NCBI GenBank assembly: GCA_965222715.1
Contig: OZ244961.1
Span: 365,458 to 429,457, forward strand
Reading direction: 5' to 3'
Length of the DNA stretch: 64,000 nucleotides
Source: Minisyncoccota bacterium
GTDB taxonomy: Bacteria; Patescibacteriota; Minisyncoccia; Phycocordibacterales; JABMNX01
In this document: one piece after another, positions 36,204-45,370 of the stretch
Layout: every line of letters begins with the position of its first letter
Numbering within the stretch: the stretch's first letter is position 1
Made by a program: the position numbers and the translations under genes
The notes under the pieces: generated by a model
The model's database searches: none
The model's input: only the letters and a program-made list of their open reading frames with translations
Told to the model about the DNA's origin: nothing

Positions 36204-36470
36204 TTGACAAAATAATTTTAATATGTTATTATGTATACAGACATTAAAGGAGTGCGAACGATGCGATAACACTACTTTGCGGGGTGGCGTACTACCCTCA
36301 CAGATAAAGTACGGCAGGACGGAATCAATTGTAGGAAATCTGCTGATGGGGCCCAGCATAACCCCTGACCAACAATAGTCACAGAAGGCGTTGTTGGGTT
36401 TCGCGAAAAGTACTCTTCCTGTGCGCAAAAGATTCCATGGACCAGCAGCTATAGAGCTGCTGGTCCATTT
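36204..36470 (+). other. Promoter-to-terminator unit lacking a long ORF (candidate sRNA or minigene)
   Basis: TTGACA-17-TATTAT; AAGGAG then ATG CGA TAA; hairpin ATGGACCAGCAGCT...AGCTGCTGGTCCATTT. Confidence 0.4.
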
Positions 36471-36566
36471 ACTTTATTACCTAACTTTACTCCATAGAAA
36501 GAATATTTTTGCGCGATAGCTGAGAACATATACTACCCCCCTAAACTTCTTTTAGATTATTTTTCA

Positions 36567-38663
36567 TTAAATATCTAAACTAGCGTTCTTTGCATTTGAT
36601 TGAATGAATGACTTTCGAGCAGCAACGTCTGTTCCCATTAACGTATCAAATACTCTGTCTGCTTCTTGTGCATCTTCAATAGTTACTTGCTTAAGGACTC
36701 GACGCTCAGGATCCATGGTTGTCTCCCACAATTCTCCTGGGTTCATCTCTCCAAGACCCTTATATCGCTGAAGGTGGAATTTAGCAGCAGCTTTTTTCTT
36801 AATCTCCTCATCTTCAGAATCCTCTTCGTCTTCATTGTCAGAAGAAAGTTCATCAATAGCTTCGGCCGCATCTTTCCCAATAATACCTACCTTGTCATTC
36901 TCAGTGTATGCATAAAACACCTCCTTCCCTTTCTTGATTTTATAGAGTGGTGGTTGTGCAATGTAGAGATACCCTCCCTCAATGATTGGTCTGAAATAAC
37001 GGAAGAAGAGCGTCAGAAGAAGTGTTCGAATATGGGCACCATCAACATCAGCGTCAGTTGCGATAATAATTTTGTGGTACCGTAGTTTTTCAATATCAAA
37101 TGTATCTCCTATTGCAGTACCAAGCGCAACAACCAAGGCTTTGATTTCATTTGATGAAAGCATACGATCGAGACGTGCTCGTTCAACATTAAGAATCTTT
37201 CCACGAAGTGGCAGAATTGCCTGAGTACGGCGGTCACGCCCTTGCTTACTTGAACCACCAGCTGAATCTCCCTCAACAATAAAGAGCTCGGACTCTTCAG
37301 CACTTTTAGTCTGACAGTCTGCAAGCTTTCCAGGAAGTGTAAGGCCATCAAGCGCACCTTTTCGCAGTACACTATCTTTCGCGGCTTTTGCTGCTTTACG
37401 AGCCTTAAGGGCAAGCGTTGCCTTCCCAATTATCATCTTGGCATCGTCTGGATGTTCTTCAAGGAATGTAGCAAACGCTTCACTAAAGACGCTCTCTACC
37501 GCTCCTCGTGCTTCAACTGAACCAAGTTTTGATTTAGTTTGCCCTTCAAACTGAATTTCGGGCATCTTTATTGAAACTACTGCAGTCAGCCCCTCTAACA
37601 CATCATCTCCGGTAAACGCTTCACCTTCTTTGCCTCCTGATTTTTTAGAGTAGTTATTAAGCGTACGAGTCAGTGATGTTTTAAAGCCAGTAATATGTGT
37701 TCCCCCTTCTGGGTTATGAATATTGTTTGCAAAAGCAGAGATACGAGCTGAGATATCATCAACATACTGGAGTGATACCTCAACAGAAATATCATCAACT
37801 TCCTTTTCAACATAAAAAATATTCTTATGTACTGGCTTTTGATGACGGTTCTGGAACTTTACTAATGAGAGAAGACCGCCTTCAAAATAAAATGACATTG
37901 ATGGACACTCTACACCGAGGTCTCGCAAATAGTGAGTACTTTCACCATCAATTTTTTTATCATACTCACGTAAATCAAGTGTCGTAATATGAAGACCTTT
38001 TACAAGATACGCCTGTTGCCGAAGATGTGCCGTAATGCGATCCCAGTTATACTCAATGGTTTCAAAAATTTCTGCATCAGCTTCAAACTCAATAATAGTT
38101 CCTGTAATCTTTGATGCTTTTACTTTTTTGACCTTTGCCTTTGCTTTACCTCCCTTGGTGTACTCCTGCACATACATGCCACCATCACGATGCACAATTG
38201 CTTTAGCGTACACTGAAAGTGCATTTACCACCGAGACACCAACACCATGAAGACCACCAGAAACTTTATATCCTTCTCCACCAAACTTACCACCAGCATG
38301 AAGGGTGGTCATAATTGTCTCAAGTGCTGAAACTTTTGTTTTTGCGTGAATATCAACCGGAATACCGCGACCATTGTCAGCAACACGTACTCGATTACCC
38401 GGCAGAAGCGCTACTTCAATACGATCAGCAAAACCACCCATCGCTTCATCGCGTGAGTTATCAAATACCTCCCAAATAAGGTGGTGGAGTCCATCTACCC
38501 CGGTCGTACCAATATACATTCCTGGACGACGACGGACTGCTTCAAGCCCCTCAAGAACAGTAATGTCATCAGCACCATATGAGCCAACTTTTTTAGCTGT
38601 AGGTGCTGCAGTTTTACCGCTTGTTTTTGTAGACGTTGTCTTTTTAGCCTTTTTCTCTGCCAT
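36567..38663 (-). CDS. gyrB: DNA gyrase subunit B
   Basis: VRRRPGMYIG, LHAGGKF, SGGLHGVG, EGDSAGG, PLRGKILN, QRYKGLGEM. Confidence 0.95.
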   Translation of the reverse strand: MAEKKAKKTTSTKTSGKTAAPTAKKVGSYGADDITVLEGLEAVRRRPGMYIGTTGVDGLHHLIWEVFDNSRDEAMGGFADRIEVALLPGNRVRVADNGRGIPVDIHAKTKVSALETIMTTLHAGGKFGGEGYKVSGGLHGVGVSVVNALSVYAKAIVHRDGGMYVQEYTKGGKAKAKVKKVKASKITGTIIEFEADAEIFETIEYNWDRITAHLRQQAYLVKGLHITTLDLREYDKKIDGESTHYLRDLGVECPSMSFYFEGGLLSLVKFQNRHQKPVHKNIFYVEKEVDDISVEVSLQYVDDISARISAFANNIHNPEGGTHITGFKTSLTRTLNNYSKKSGGKEGEAFTGDDVLEGLTAVVSIKMPEIQFEGQTKSKLGSVEARGAVESVFSEAFATFLEEHPDDAKMIIGKATLALKARKAAKAAKDSVLRKGALDGLTLPGKLADCQTKSAEESELFIVEGDSAGGSSKQGRDRRTQAILPLRGKILNVERARLDRMLSSNEIKALVVALGTAIGDTFDIEKLRYHKIIIATDADVDGAHIRTLLLTLFFRYFRPIIEGGYLYIAQPPLYKIKKGKEVFYAYTENDKVGIIGKDAAEAIDELSSDNEDEEDSEDEEIKKKAAAKFHLQRYKGLGEMNPGELWETTMDPERRVLKQVTIEDAQEADRVFDTLMGTDVAARKSFIQSNAKNASLDI

Positions 38664-38794
38664 ATTCTGTATTTTGTGTGAGCGCAAAATTAAAAAGGAG
38701 TGCTGTTTCCTTACTCATTATTTTAGCAAAAAACCCCTGATATATCCAGTGATTTTGGGGATTATGAGCCTCTTCAGGTGGCTCTGTAGAGCCG

Positions 38795-38828
38795 TAATAA
38801 ACGCCAAGGGTACTCTTGGCGTTTATTA
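38795..38828. repeat. Dispersed palindrome family copy 4, overlapping the pheT stop
   Basis: TAATAAACGCCAAGGGTACTCTTGGCGTTTATTA. Confidence 0.85.
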
Positions 38829-41228
38829 TCGCACCTCGTAACCCTCAGTATTGTTAAGTGCTGTGGTCACTCGCTCCATAGCTTCATGTATTTCCTCATC
38901 TGAGAGTGTTTTTTCAGGCGACTGGAAGACAAGACGAAAGGCATAGGACACTCTACCGTCCTTTTTAAACTCATCAAATAATGTATGTTGCACTAGTAGG
39001 TCTCCAGCAGTATTAGTAATTGTTGTAAGTACGTCATTCCCACTCACACTCTCTGGTACCCATACTGCAATATCTCGAAGGGCAAATGGATAGATTGAAA
39101 ATGGTGTATACGTGTAGGTACTCTTATCAATTGTCGCACTATAGTCGTGTGGTTCAGGTAGTGATTCCACTACTGCATCGAAATTGCACTCATACACTCC
39201 GTTAGTCACTTTTCCGTCAGGCATCCCAAACTCTTCTTTGAGATCAGCAACAATACTTTCTAGAACTTCCTGCTTTGAAGTTGTTATACCAAGTGACATA
39301 TGTTCACTGGTATTGGTAAAGACTGTTCCTAATTCAAACAAGGAAATTGTGTTAGCACTAAACAATGGTATATTTTTTACATTTAGTTCAAGAGACTGTG
39401 TGAGTCCAGTAACAAGAGAGGGTCTAAGATATTTTTTGTCACTTGCGATTGGGTTCTCAATTTCTACTTCCCCACTATCTTGAAGTGCATAGGTATACAC
39501 TTCAGTAAAGCCACGATTGGTTAAAAATTCTCGCACCTTTTCAGCGTAGTAGAATCGCTTATTCACTGACACTTTTTTCTCACTTGTAGGTGACTGCTCT
39601 GCGACTATATTTCCATAACCATAAATGCGTCCAATTTCTTCAATAAGATCCTCTTTATTACCACTTGTGAGAAAACTAGTGTGAGCGACCAAATCAAGTC
39701 GTTCAAATGGAATAGAAACCACATACCGATCCTCTGCATCCATCATTCTTCGGTATCCGACAATATTTTTAAAGTACGCACTCTCTTCAATCTTCTCTTC
39801 GATAACCCCCTCTTTTGTTGCAGCGTGGAGCACCCGATCGTCACCGAGGTATATACCACAGTGAGATACTCCACCTTCTACCACCGTGCCCGAGAGAAAC
39901 TCTTGTGTCTTTTCCTGTGCGCCAGTGTGTACCACCTCTTCACCATCACTCAGCCGAGTGAACGAGTGTTCTTTTTTTGTTCCAACACCATTTGTTGAAA
40001 ATATAACGTCACCAGGCTTACGTTCTGATTCAATGATCGGAGTACCGTAAATATATTGATCAATAGCAATACGTGGAAGTGAGATGCCAGCTTGCGCAAA
40101 TACATACGCAACAAAGGACGAACAATCAAACGCATGTGGTGCATTATACGAGATGCTAGCACCATACTTATACGGGGTACTAACGTACGTTTGTGCAACT
40201 TCAATGACCTTAGATGCTGGCACTACTTTTTCAAATGGGAATGTGAGTCGTGCAAAGATATCTTCAATGGCTGATTCAGATATAGTAGTCCCAAGAAGAC
40301 TGTTCACCTCATTACATGAGACTCCTGACTTATATTCAATAGTTTTTTGAAGTGGAAACTCATCTACGATTCCTTCAACTGTACCACCAGCTATCTCAAG
40401 TATTAATGTAACCACCTCGGCTAATCCGTACCGAGCATATTCAGGCGCTATGCCGTTTTCAAATCGAGTTGAGGCGTCGGTACGAAGTTTTAATTCTTGA
40501 GACGTTTTGCGTATACTTGAACCTTTAAAGTTAGCAGCTGAGATAACAACAGAGGTGGTGTCTTTTGTAAGCTCAGCTTGTGTTCCACCTTTTATCCCAG
40601 CAATATCGAGAACAGCACCACTATGACTATCTGCAAGCACCATCATTCCTTCTCTAAGCGAATACTCCTCACCACCAAGTAAACTGATCTTTTCTTCTTC
40701 TTTTGCTGATCGAATAATGATACCTACACTCCCCTCTTTTTCAGTTAATTTATCGGCATCAAAGGCGTGCGTTGGTTGGCCGAGTCCCAACATAACGTAA
40801 TTTGTTGCGTCAACAATGTTGTTAATTGAACGTTGTCCAAGTGTAGTAAGACGTTCTTGTAGCCACTGGGGAGAGTCTTTTACAACAACACCTGTGATGA
40901 GCGCTGCGGTATGTCTTGGTGCGTTAATATGATCATTAATCGAGAGAGTGAGTTTCTTTGAATGAGGAAACTCTTTATATGATTCTCGTAACACATCTTT
41001 TTTTAATGGAAGCTTAAAAAGTACTGAGCACTCTTTTGCAATTCCTCTATGTGAAAGACAGTCATGAGCACGGTTTGGTAATACATCAATGTCTAAAACT
41101 GAGTCGTCACCAACAGTCTCAACGCCTTCAACCTCAAATGAATGAAAGGTGAGCTTTTCTGCAACTTCCTCGGGTGAAGGTAGTGGTGTATCAAAATATG
41201 TTTGTAGCCAGTTGTAACTTACTTTCAT
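38826..41228 (-). CDS. pheT: Phenylalanine--tRNA ligase beta subunit with inserted NlpC/P60 domain
   Basis: MKVSYNWL, LPNRAHDCLSHRGIA, INNIVDATNYVM.GQPTHAFD, RLDL...EDLIEEIGRIYGY, FDX-ACB RDIAV; downstream of pheS. Confidence 0.95.
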   Translation of the reverse strand: MKVSYNWLQTYFDTPLPSPEEVAEKLTFHSFEVEGVETVGDDSVLDIDVLPNRAHDCLSHRGIAKECSVLFKLPLKKDVLRESYKEFPHSKKLTLSINDHINAPRHTAALITGVVVKDSPQWLQERLTTLGQRSINNIVDATNYVMLGLGQPTHAFDADKLTEKEGSVGIIIRSAKEEEKISLLGGEEYSLREGMMVLADSHSGAVLDIAGIKGGTQAELTKDTTSVVISAANFKGSSIRKTSQELKLRTDASTRFENGIAPEYARYGLAEVVTLILEIAGGTVEGIVDEFPLQKTIEYKSGVSCNEVNSLLGTTISESAIEDIFARLTFPFEKVVPASKVIEVAQTYVSTPYKYGASISYNAPHAFDCSSFVAYVFAQAGISLPRIAIDQYIYGTPIIESERKPGDVIFSTNGVGTKKEHSFTRLSDGEEVVHTGAQEKTQEFLSGTVVEGGVSHCGIYLGDDRVLHAATKEGVIEEKIEESAYFKNIVGYRRMMDAEDRYVVSIPFERLDLVAHTSFLTSGNKEDLIEEIGRIYGYGNIVAEQSPTSEKKVSVNKRFYYAEKVREFLTNRGFTEVYTYALQDSGEVEIENPIASDKKYLRPSLVTGLTQSLELNVKNIPLFSANTISLFELGTVFTNTSEHMSLGITTSKQEVLESIVADLKEEFGMPDGKVTNGVYECNFDAVVESLPEPHDYSATIDKSTYTYTPFSIYPFALRDIAVWVPESVSGNDVLTTITNTAGDLLVQHTLFDEFKKDGRVSYAFRLVFQSPEKTLSDEEIHEAMERVTTALNNTEGYEVR

Positions 41229-41239
41229 ATATTCTGTAT

Positions 41240-41971
41240 TTAAAACTGATTTACAAACCGTAAGTCACCTGTGTGAAAGAGACGTGTGTCATCAATACCG
41301 TACTTGAGCATACCGAGCCTCTCAACCCCAGTACCAAACGCAAACCCCTGCCACTCTTTCGGGTTAATACCTGAGCTCTCAAGCACCTTAGGGTGAACCA
41401 TTCCTGCTCCCATGATCTCAATCCACTTATCACGCAAACGGTCAGGCGCACTGTCTCCCACAAGGCGCATATCAATCTCAACACCTGGTTCAACAAATGG
41501 GAAGTAACTGGGGCGGAGACGCACCTCCACATCACTTCCAAAAAATTTCTCAAAGAATGTTTCAAGGACACCCTTAAGAGTTGCAAGTGTCACATCTTTT
41601 CCAATCATCAAACCTTCAACTTGATAAAACTGTGCTTCATGTGTCATATCAGTTGCCTCGTGTCGATACACCTTACCAGGGGCGATGATACGAATTGGAG
41701 GTTCGTGTTTTTCCATGTAGCGCACCTGCACGGGGCTGGTGTGGGTGCGGAGGAGTTTTTTTGCATTAAGTGGTTTAAGCCAAAAAGTATCCCACATGTC
41801 ACGTGCTGGGTGATTCTGAGGAACATTCAAAGTGTCAAAATTGTAATATTCTGTCTCAATTTCAGGCCCTTCTGCAAATTCAAACCCCATCTCACGAAAA
41901 ATCGCGTTTATCTCGCGGATCATTCTAGTTATTGGGTGAATGTGTGCTTGAGCCGTGCTCTCCTCAGTCAT
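41240..41971 (-). CDS. pheS: Phenylalanine--tRNA ligase alpha subunit, lacking N-terminal coiled coil
   Basis: HPARDMWDTF, LRTHTSPVQ, RPSYFPFVEP, GFAFG.GVERL. Confidence 0.96.
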   Translation of the reverse strand: MTEESTAQAHIHPITRMIREINAIFREMGFEFAEGPEIETEYYNFDTLNVPQNHPARDMWDTFWLKPLNAKKLLRTHTSPVQVRYMEKHEPPIRIIAPGKVYRHEATDMTHEAQFYQVEGLMIGKDVTLATLKGVLETFFEKFFGSDVEVRLRPSYFPFVEPGVEIDMRLVGDSAPDRLRDKWIEIMGAGMVHPKVLESSGINPKEWQGFAFGTGVERLGMLKYGIDDTRLFHTGDLRFVNQF

Positions 41972-42022
41972 ATTGCTCAATTATACGGAAAAACCCTTGT
42001 ATGTAAAAGTGTAGGTATCTTC

Positions 42023-42877
42023 TTATAGTTCGTATTCAAAAATCTGTATACCCTCAGCGGTTGGCTCTAAGATAAATATACTATCCCCCTCAGTCCGCAC
42101 CTGCACCCCAAGTGCGTTAAACATTGTTTGTGTATTTCGTGGGATTCGTGGATCTATTTCAGTCATTGATACGACTCCGTCAGTGATGATCAGAATGAGT
42201 TCATTTGAGAGGGGATGAAAGTCGTAATAATCAACTTGTTTCTTATTTATAGAAATTTCTTTTTCGCACACTCCGTCTTCACAAAAATATGACGGTGCCT
42301 TACTGTTTGTATTTGCCCAACGAGCATAGACACTCTCACCCTCTCTCCACAAGACCACATCACCTTTACGTTTTACATCACTTACACCACTACGCGTTGA
42401 AGTTGAAAGCGATGTAGGATACTCAGCCTCACGAAGCATGTTTGGTGAGGATGTTGCAAATAGGTCCAATACTCGTTCATATCGATCCTCAGTAGGAGCG
42501 ACTTCAATATAAGGGATCTCTACCGGAAGAATGAATCCTGCTGCTTCAACTACACGCTGTGGTTTTACTTCAAGTATTTTTTCCCAGGAGCGAAACCCTT
42601 CTTTCTCTACAACAATGTGGTACACACGAGGAGTGAGATCTTGTATAAAAAAACCACTTTTTAATATACTGGCGCTCCTTACTGGCTTCCCATCAAGTAT
42701 AAGTGTTGCGTTTGATTCATCAACACCAACAAATACGCCTCCTGTTTTTACTAGCGTAAAACCTTCTCCAAGGCGATACCCAGCGGAATACAAAACAGTA
42801 ATTGGTACAAGAATAATAAAGAGCACTATAAGAAGTGCAAGGTATATTCTTCTAGTATTTTGTGAAAGAGGTTCCAT
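42023..42877 (-). CDS. Membrane-anchored PEGA-domain-like protein
   Basis: TM, YSAGYR, KTGG, then L.P..Y...V.KEG..SW.K pattern. Confidence 0.65.
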   Translation of the reverse strand: MEPLSQNTRRIYLALLIVLFIILVPITVLYSAGYRLGEGFTLVKTGGVFVGVDESNATLILDGKPVRSASILKSGFFIQDLTPRVYHIVVEKEGFRSWEKILEVKPQRVVEAAGFILPVEIPYIEVAPTEDRYERVLDLFATSSPNMLREAEYPTSLSTSTRSGVSDVKRKGDVVLWREGESVYARWANTNSKAPSYFCEDGVCEKEISINKKQVDYYDFHPLSNELILIITDGVVSMTEIDPRIPRNTQTMFNALGVQVRTEGDSIFILEPTAEGIQIFEYEL

Positions 42878-42886
42878 ATTTCTCCA

Positions 42887-44449
42887 CTACACTGTCTGAC
42901 TCGAAGCTTTTTTAGGGGTCACCCAGAACCCCATATATTTACCAAACAACAGTCGTGTTTGTGCATCAAGCCCTGGAATAGCACTAAAGACGATCATGGT
43001 AAGTGGCACAAGTATCCACTGCAATATCATACTAACATAGCGCGTTTTTTTGTACTGTTGAGGACGTGGCGGCAAAAGTGTTGTCGATATAATTGCTGAG
43101 ACAATTAAACCAAACATGGCAAGCGTGAGGAACGTTCGAGCAACGATGGGTAAATTATATGAAAGTATAGTGGTACTGAATTCTCGCCCGCCAACTAACA
43201 ACGGTAGCCACCCAAGCGAAAAAAGGATAAGTGGGTGTGTAGCAAGAGACCAAAACCCTTCAATTTGTATCCAACAGAAGTGAAGTCGTTTGCGAAGCGG
43301 AAATGTTTTATTTTTTATTGAGTGGTAGAGAATGTATGGAACATTTTCTACACCATAGGTCCATCGACGGTTTTGTTTATATATATTTTTAAACGTCTCC
43401 CAACTTGAATCTGCAACATTTGCATCCATAGAAACAGGATACGAGATTGGAATGACTCGATATGCGCCATTATGGGCAAACAGTAAGTTCCAAAAAATGC
43501 GTGAATCTTCACTCACCATATTTTTTTGCCAATAACCAACTCGATGCAGTGCTTTAAACGATACTGCGTGAGAAGAAAATGTTGCAAGTTTCTCAGGCCG
43601 TTCTTGTTGAATCATCTGCCAGAATGTACCAGATGTTGCGGCAACACGAGAAAACGAGGGCGCATCCCAAATATTATTATTATACAGTGGAACAGGTTGG
43701 AATGACGCGGTGTGTGGATCTTCTGTTGTTAAAAAATACCACGTAAGGCACTGAAAATATTGTGGGTACACCACCGTATCTACATCTAAAGCAGAAACGA
43801 TAACATCTTCATACGGAATATTATGCGTATCAAGAATTGCTACTCGTGCCTCCTCAGCAGCATACGCAATATTTGAACCTTTTCCCGGCATCTCTCCAGG
43901 GATGTCTTTAGGATGTACTGCGATGTGTATATGCCCAAAAGTATCTTGGTGTTCACTTAAGATGCGCTTCGCAATAGCTACAGCCTCCTCCCCCGCCCTT
44001 TCTTCTGGAGCTAGTACGATACACAATTTTTTTAAATCACCGGTTGTTTCAGCAAGTTTTTGTACTGTATATGAGACTGTCTCGTAACTTTCTTTGTAGT
44101 ACGGCAACAATACTAAGTGCCTGATGTGATCATGTTTCAGATGCGATACTCGCTCCCCCCAATCAGTGTTAATACTATGTCGCAATCGACGCCAATTATG
44201 CCGAACATGTACTGAAAGGTAGATTGTTTTGAGTAGCCAAAAAAGTGAGAACGCAATAATTATGTACGCGGCTATTTCAGGAGCAAAAAAAGAAAGGAGG
44301 ACAACACCGAGAAGGGTTGTCCATGAAAGTACTCCTGGAAACATTTCAAAAAAACGGTACAGTAATCGGTCTTTACCCTCTAGGTCAGTTGCTCTACCAA
44401 CATGAAAATCTTTTGGGAGATAGAGTGTTTCTTTGTTTTTTTTAGACAT
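42887..44449 (-). CDS. GT2-family membrane glycosyltransferase
   Basis: GKGSN, DVD, SEDSR, QNRRW motifs; multiple TM helices. Confidence 0.85.
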   Translation of the reverse strand: MSKKNKETLYLPKDFHVGRATDLEGKDRLLYRFFEMFPGVLSWTTLLGVVLLSFFAPEIAAYIIIAFSLFWLLKTIYLSVHVRHNWRRLRHSINTDWGERVSHLKHDHIRHLVLLPYYKESYETVSYTVQKLAETTGDLKKLCIVLAPEERAGEEAVAIAKRILSEHQDTFGHIHIAVHPKDIPGEMPGKGSNIAYAAEEARVAILDTHNIPYEDVIVSALDVDTVVYPQYFQCLTWYFLTTEDPHTASFQPVPLYNNNIWDAPSFSRVAATSGTFWQMIQQERPEKLATFSSHAVSFKALHRVGYWQKNMVSEDSRIFWNLLFAHNGAYRVIPISYPVSMDANVADSSWETFKNIYKQNRRWTYGVENVPYILYHSIKNKTFPLRKRLHFCWIQIEGFWSLATHPLILFSLGWLPLLVGGREFSTTILSYNLPIVARTFLTLAMFGLIVSAIISTTLLPPRPQQYKKTRYVSMILQWILVPLTMIVFSAIPGLDAQTRLLFGKYMGFWVTPKKASSQTV

Positions 44450-44469
44450 AAAAATAGAATCAGAGTAGT

Positions 44470-44647
44470 GGAGCGTCACGACTTACTAATTATTTTAGTC
44501 CAAGTATTCCTAAAGTAATAATTAGTCGCGACCCCGCCTCGCTCGTTCGTCGACCGCTCCTCACATCGCTCCGACTTGGCTCAAGGCACGCGTTTGACGC
44601 AGGTCAAACACTAAAAGTTCCTTATTGGGAACTTTTACCTTGAGCCA
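44470..44647. other. Multi-hairpin structured element adjoining the tRNA copy
   Basis: GGCTCAAGG...CCTTGAGCC closing stem with two internal hairpins; long AT-rich hairpin at about 44475-44532. Confidence 0.55.
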
Positions 44648-44724
44648 CCTGTCAGACTCGAACTGACGACCTACTCATTACAAGTGGTTCGAAGTTAGGC
44701 ACTTCTCACCTCCACCAACTGAGC
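44642..44724 (-). pseudogene. Partial tRNA-Thr copy (3' 45 bp identical) with 23-nt insert
   Basis: 44642-44686 equals 44728-44772; insert 44687-44709; D-arm remnant 44710-44724. Confidence 0.8.
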
Positions 44725-44725
44725 C

Positions 44726-44801
44726 TGGAGCCACCTGTCAGACTCGAACTGACGACCTACTCATTACAAGTGAGTTGCTCTACCAACTGAGCTAAGGTGG
44801 C
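44726..44801 (-). tRNA. tRNA-Thr(TGT), CCA encoded
   Basis: GCCACCTTAGCTCAGTTGGTAGAGCAACTCACTTGTAATGAGTAGGTCGTCAGTTCGAGTCTGACAGGTGGCTCCA cloverleaf. Confidence 0.96.
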
Positions 44802-44824
44802 GTATATACTTTTTTTCTTTAACA

Positions 44825-44920
44825 CAACCTAAGCTATTCCAGCGAGACAACTCACTTGTAACAAGTGGTTCGAAGCTATTCGCTTCTCACCTCTACCAAC
44901 TGAGCTAAGGTGGCGTATAT
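44825..44920 (-). pseudogene. Partial tRNA-Thr 5' copy with the same 23-nt insert and an inverted segment
   Basis: 44891-44920 equals 44778-44807; insert 44868-44890; 44848-44860 is the reverse complement of 44765-44777. Confidence 0.75.
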
Positions 44921-44969
44921 TTCTGCTTTAACCTTCTACCACCTTGATAGGTGATCTATTGAAGTGTGC

Positions 44970-45362
44970 CTATTGTACAGTATCCTGAGAAGGTTTTTCA
45001 ACACTGTACTTGTGATTGCGAACCTCCTTAAGGAAAGATGAATTTGTGTGACCCCGCTTAATGCTCTTTTTTCTACGAGCGCCTTCAAGTACATGCATCA
45101 TCTTCCTTTCAACAAATCGAGCAGCGACCAGTATAAAGAATGCTACCTTCTTTACCAAGATATGATACCACTCAATGAATGTCGCATACTCAAAAGTAGG
45201 TATACGTCGGGTAATCATTTGCCAGAACGTAACCACATAGATGTCGAGTCTTTCTCGTACATGAGGAATAACACGTTCGCCTCGAGCTAGTTCCCAGTAA
45301 CGAAAACCTAAAAATAAGACGGTGCCTCCAAGTGAAGCAAGAAAAATGCTAATACTAAGCAT
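44970..45362 (-). CDS. Hypothetical membrane protein
   Basis: N-terminal TM, basic C-terminus; follows tsf. Confidence 0.65.
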   Translation of the reverse strand: MLSISIFLASLGGTVLFLGFRYWELARGERVIPHVRERLDIYVVTFWQMITRRIPTFEYATFIEWYHILVKKVAFFILVAARFVERKMMHVLEGARRKKSIKRGHTNSSFLKEVRNHKYSVEKPSQDTVQ

Positions 45363-45370
45363 AGAAATTA

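Noticed and set aside
41393-42028. 211-aa + strand ORF
   Set aside because: Antisense to pheS, no recognisable motifs
44642-44801. Integrated prophage or island between attL and attR
   Set aside because: The copies are only about 40 bp apart, with no cargo or integrase
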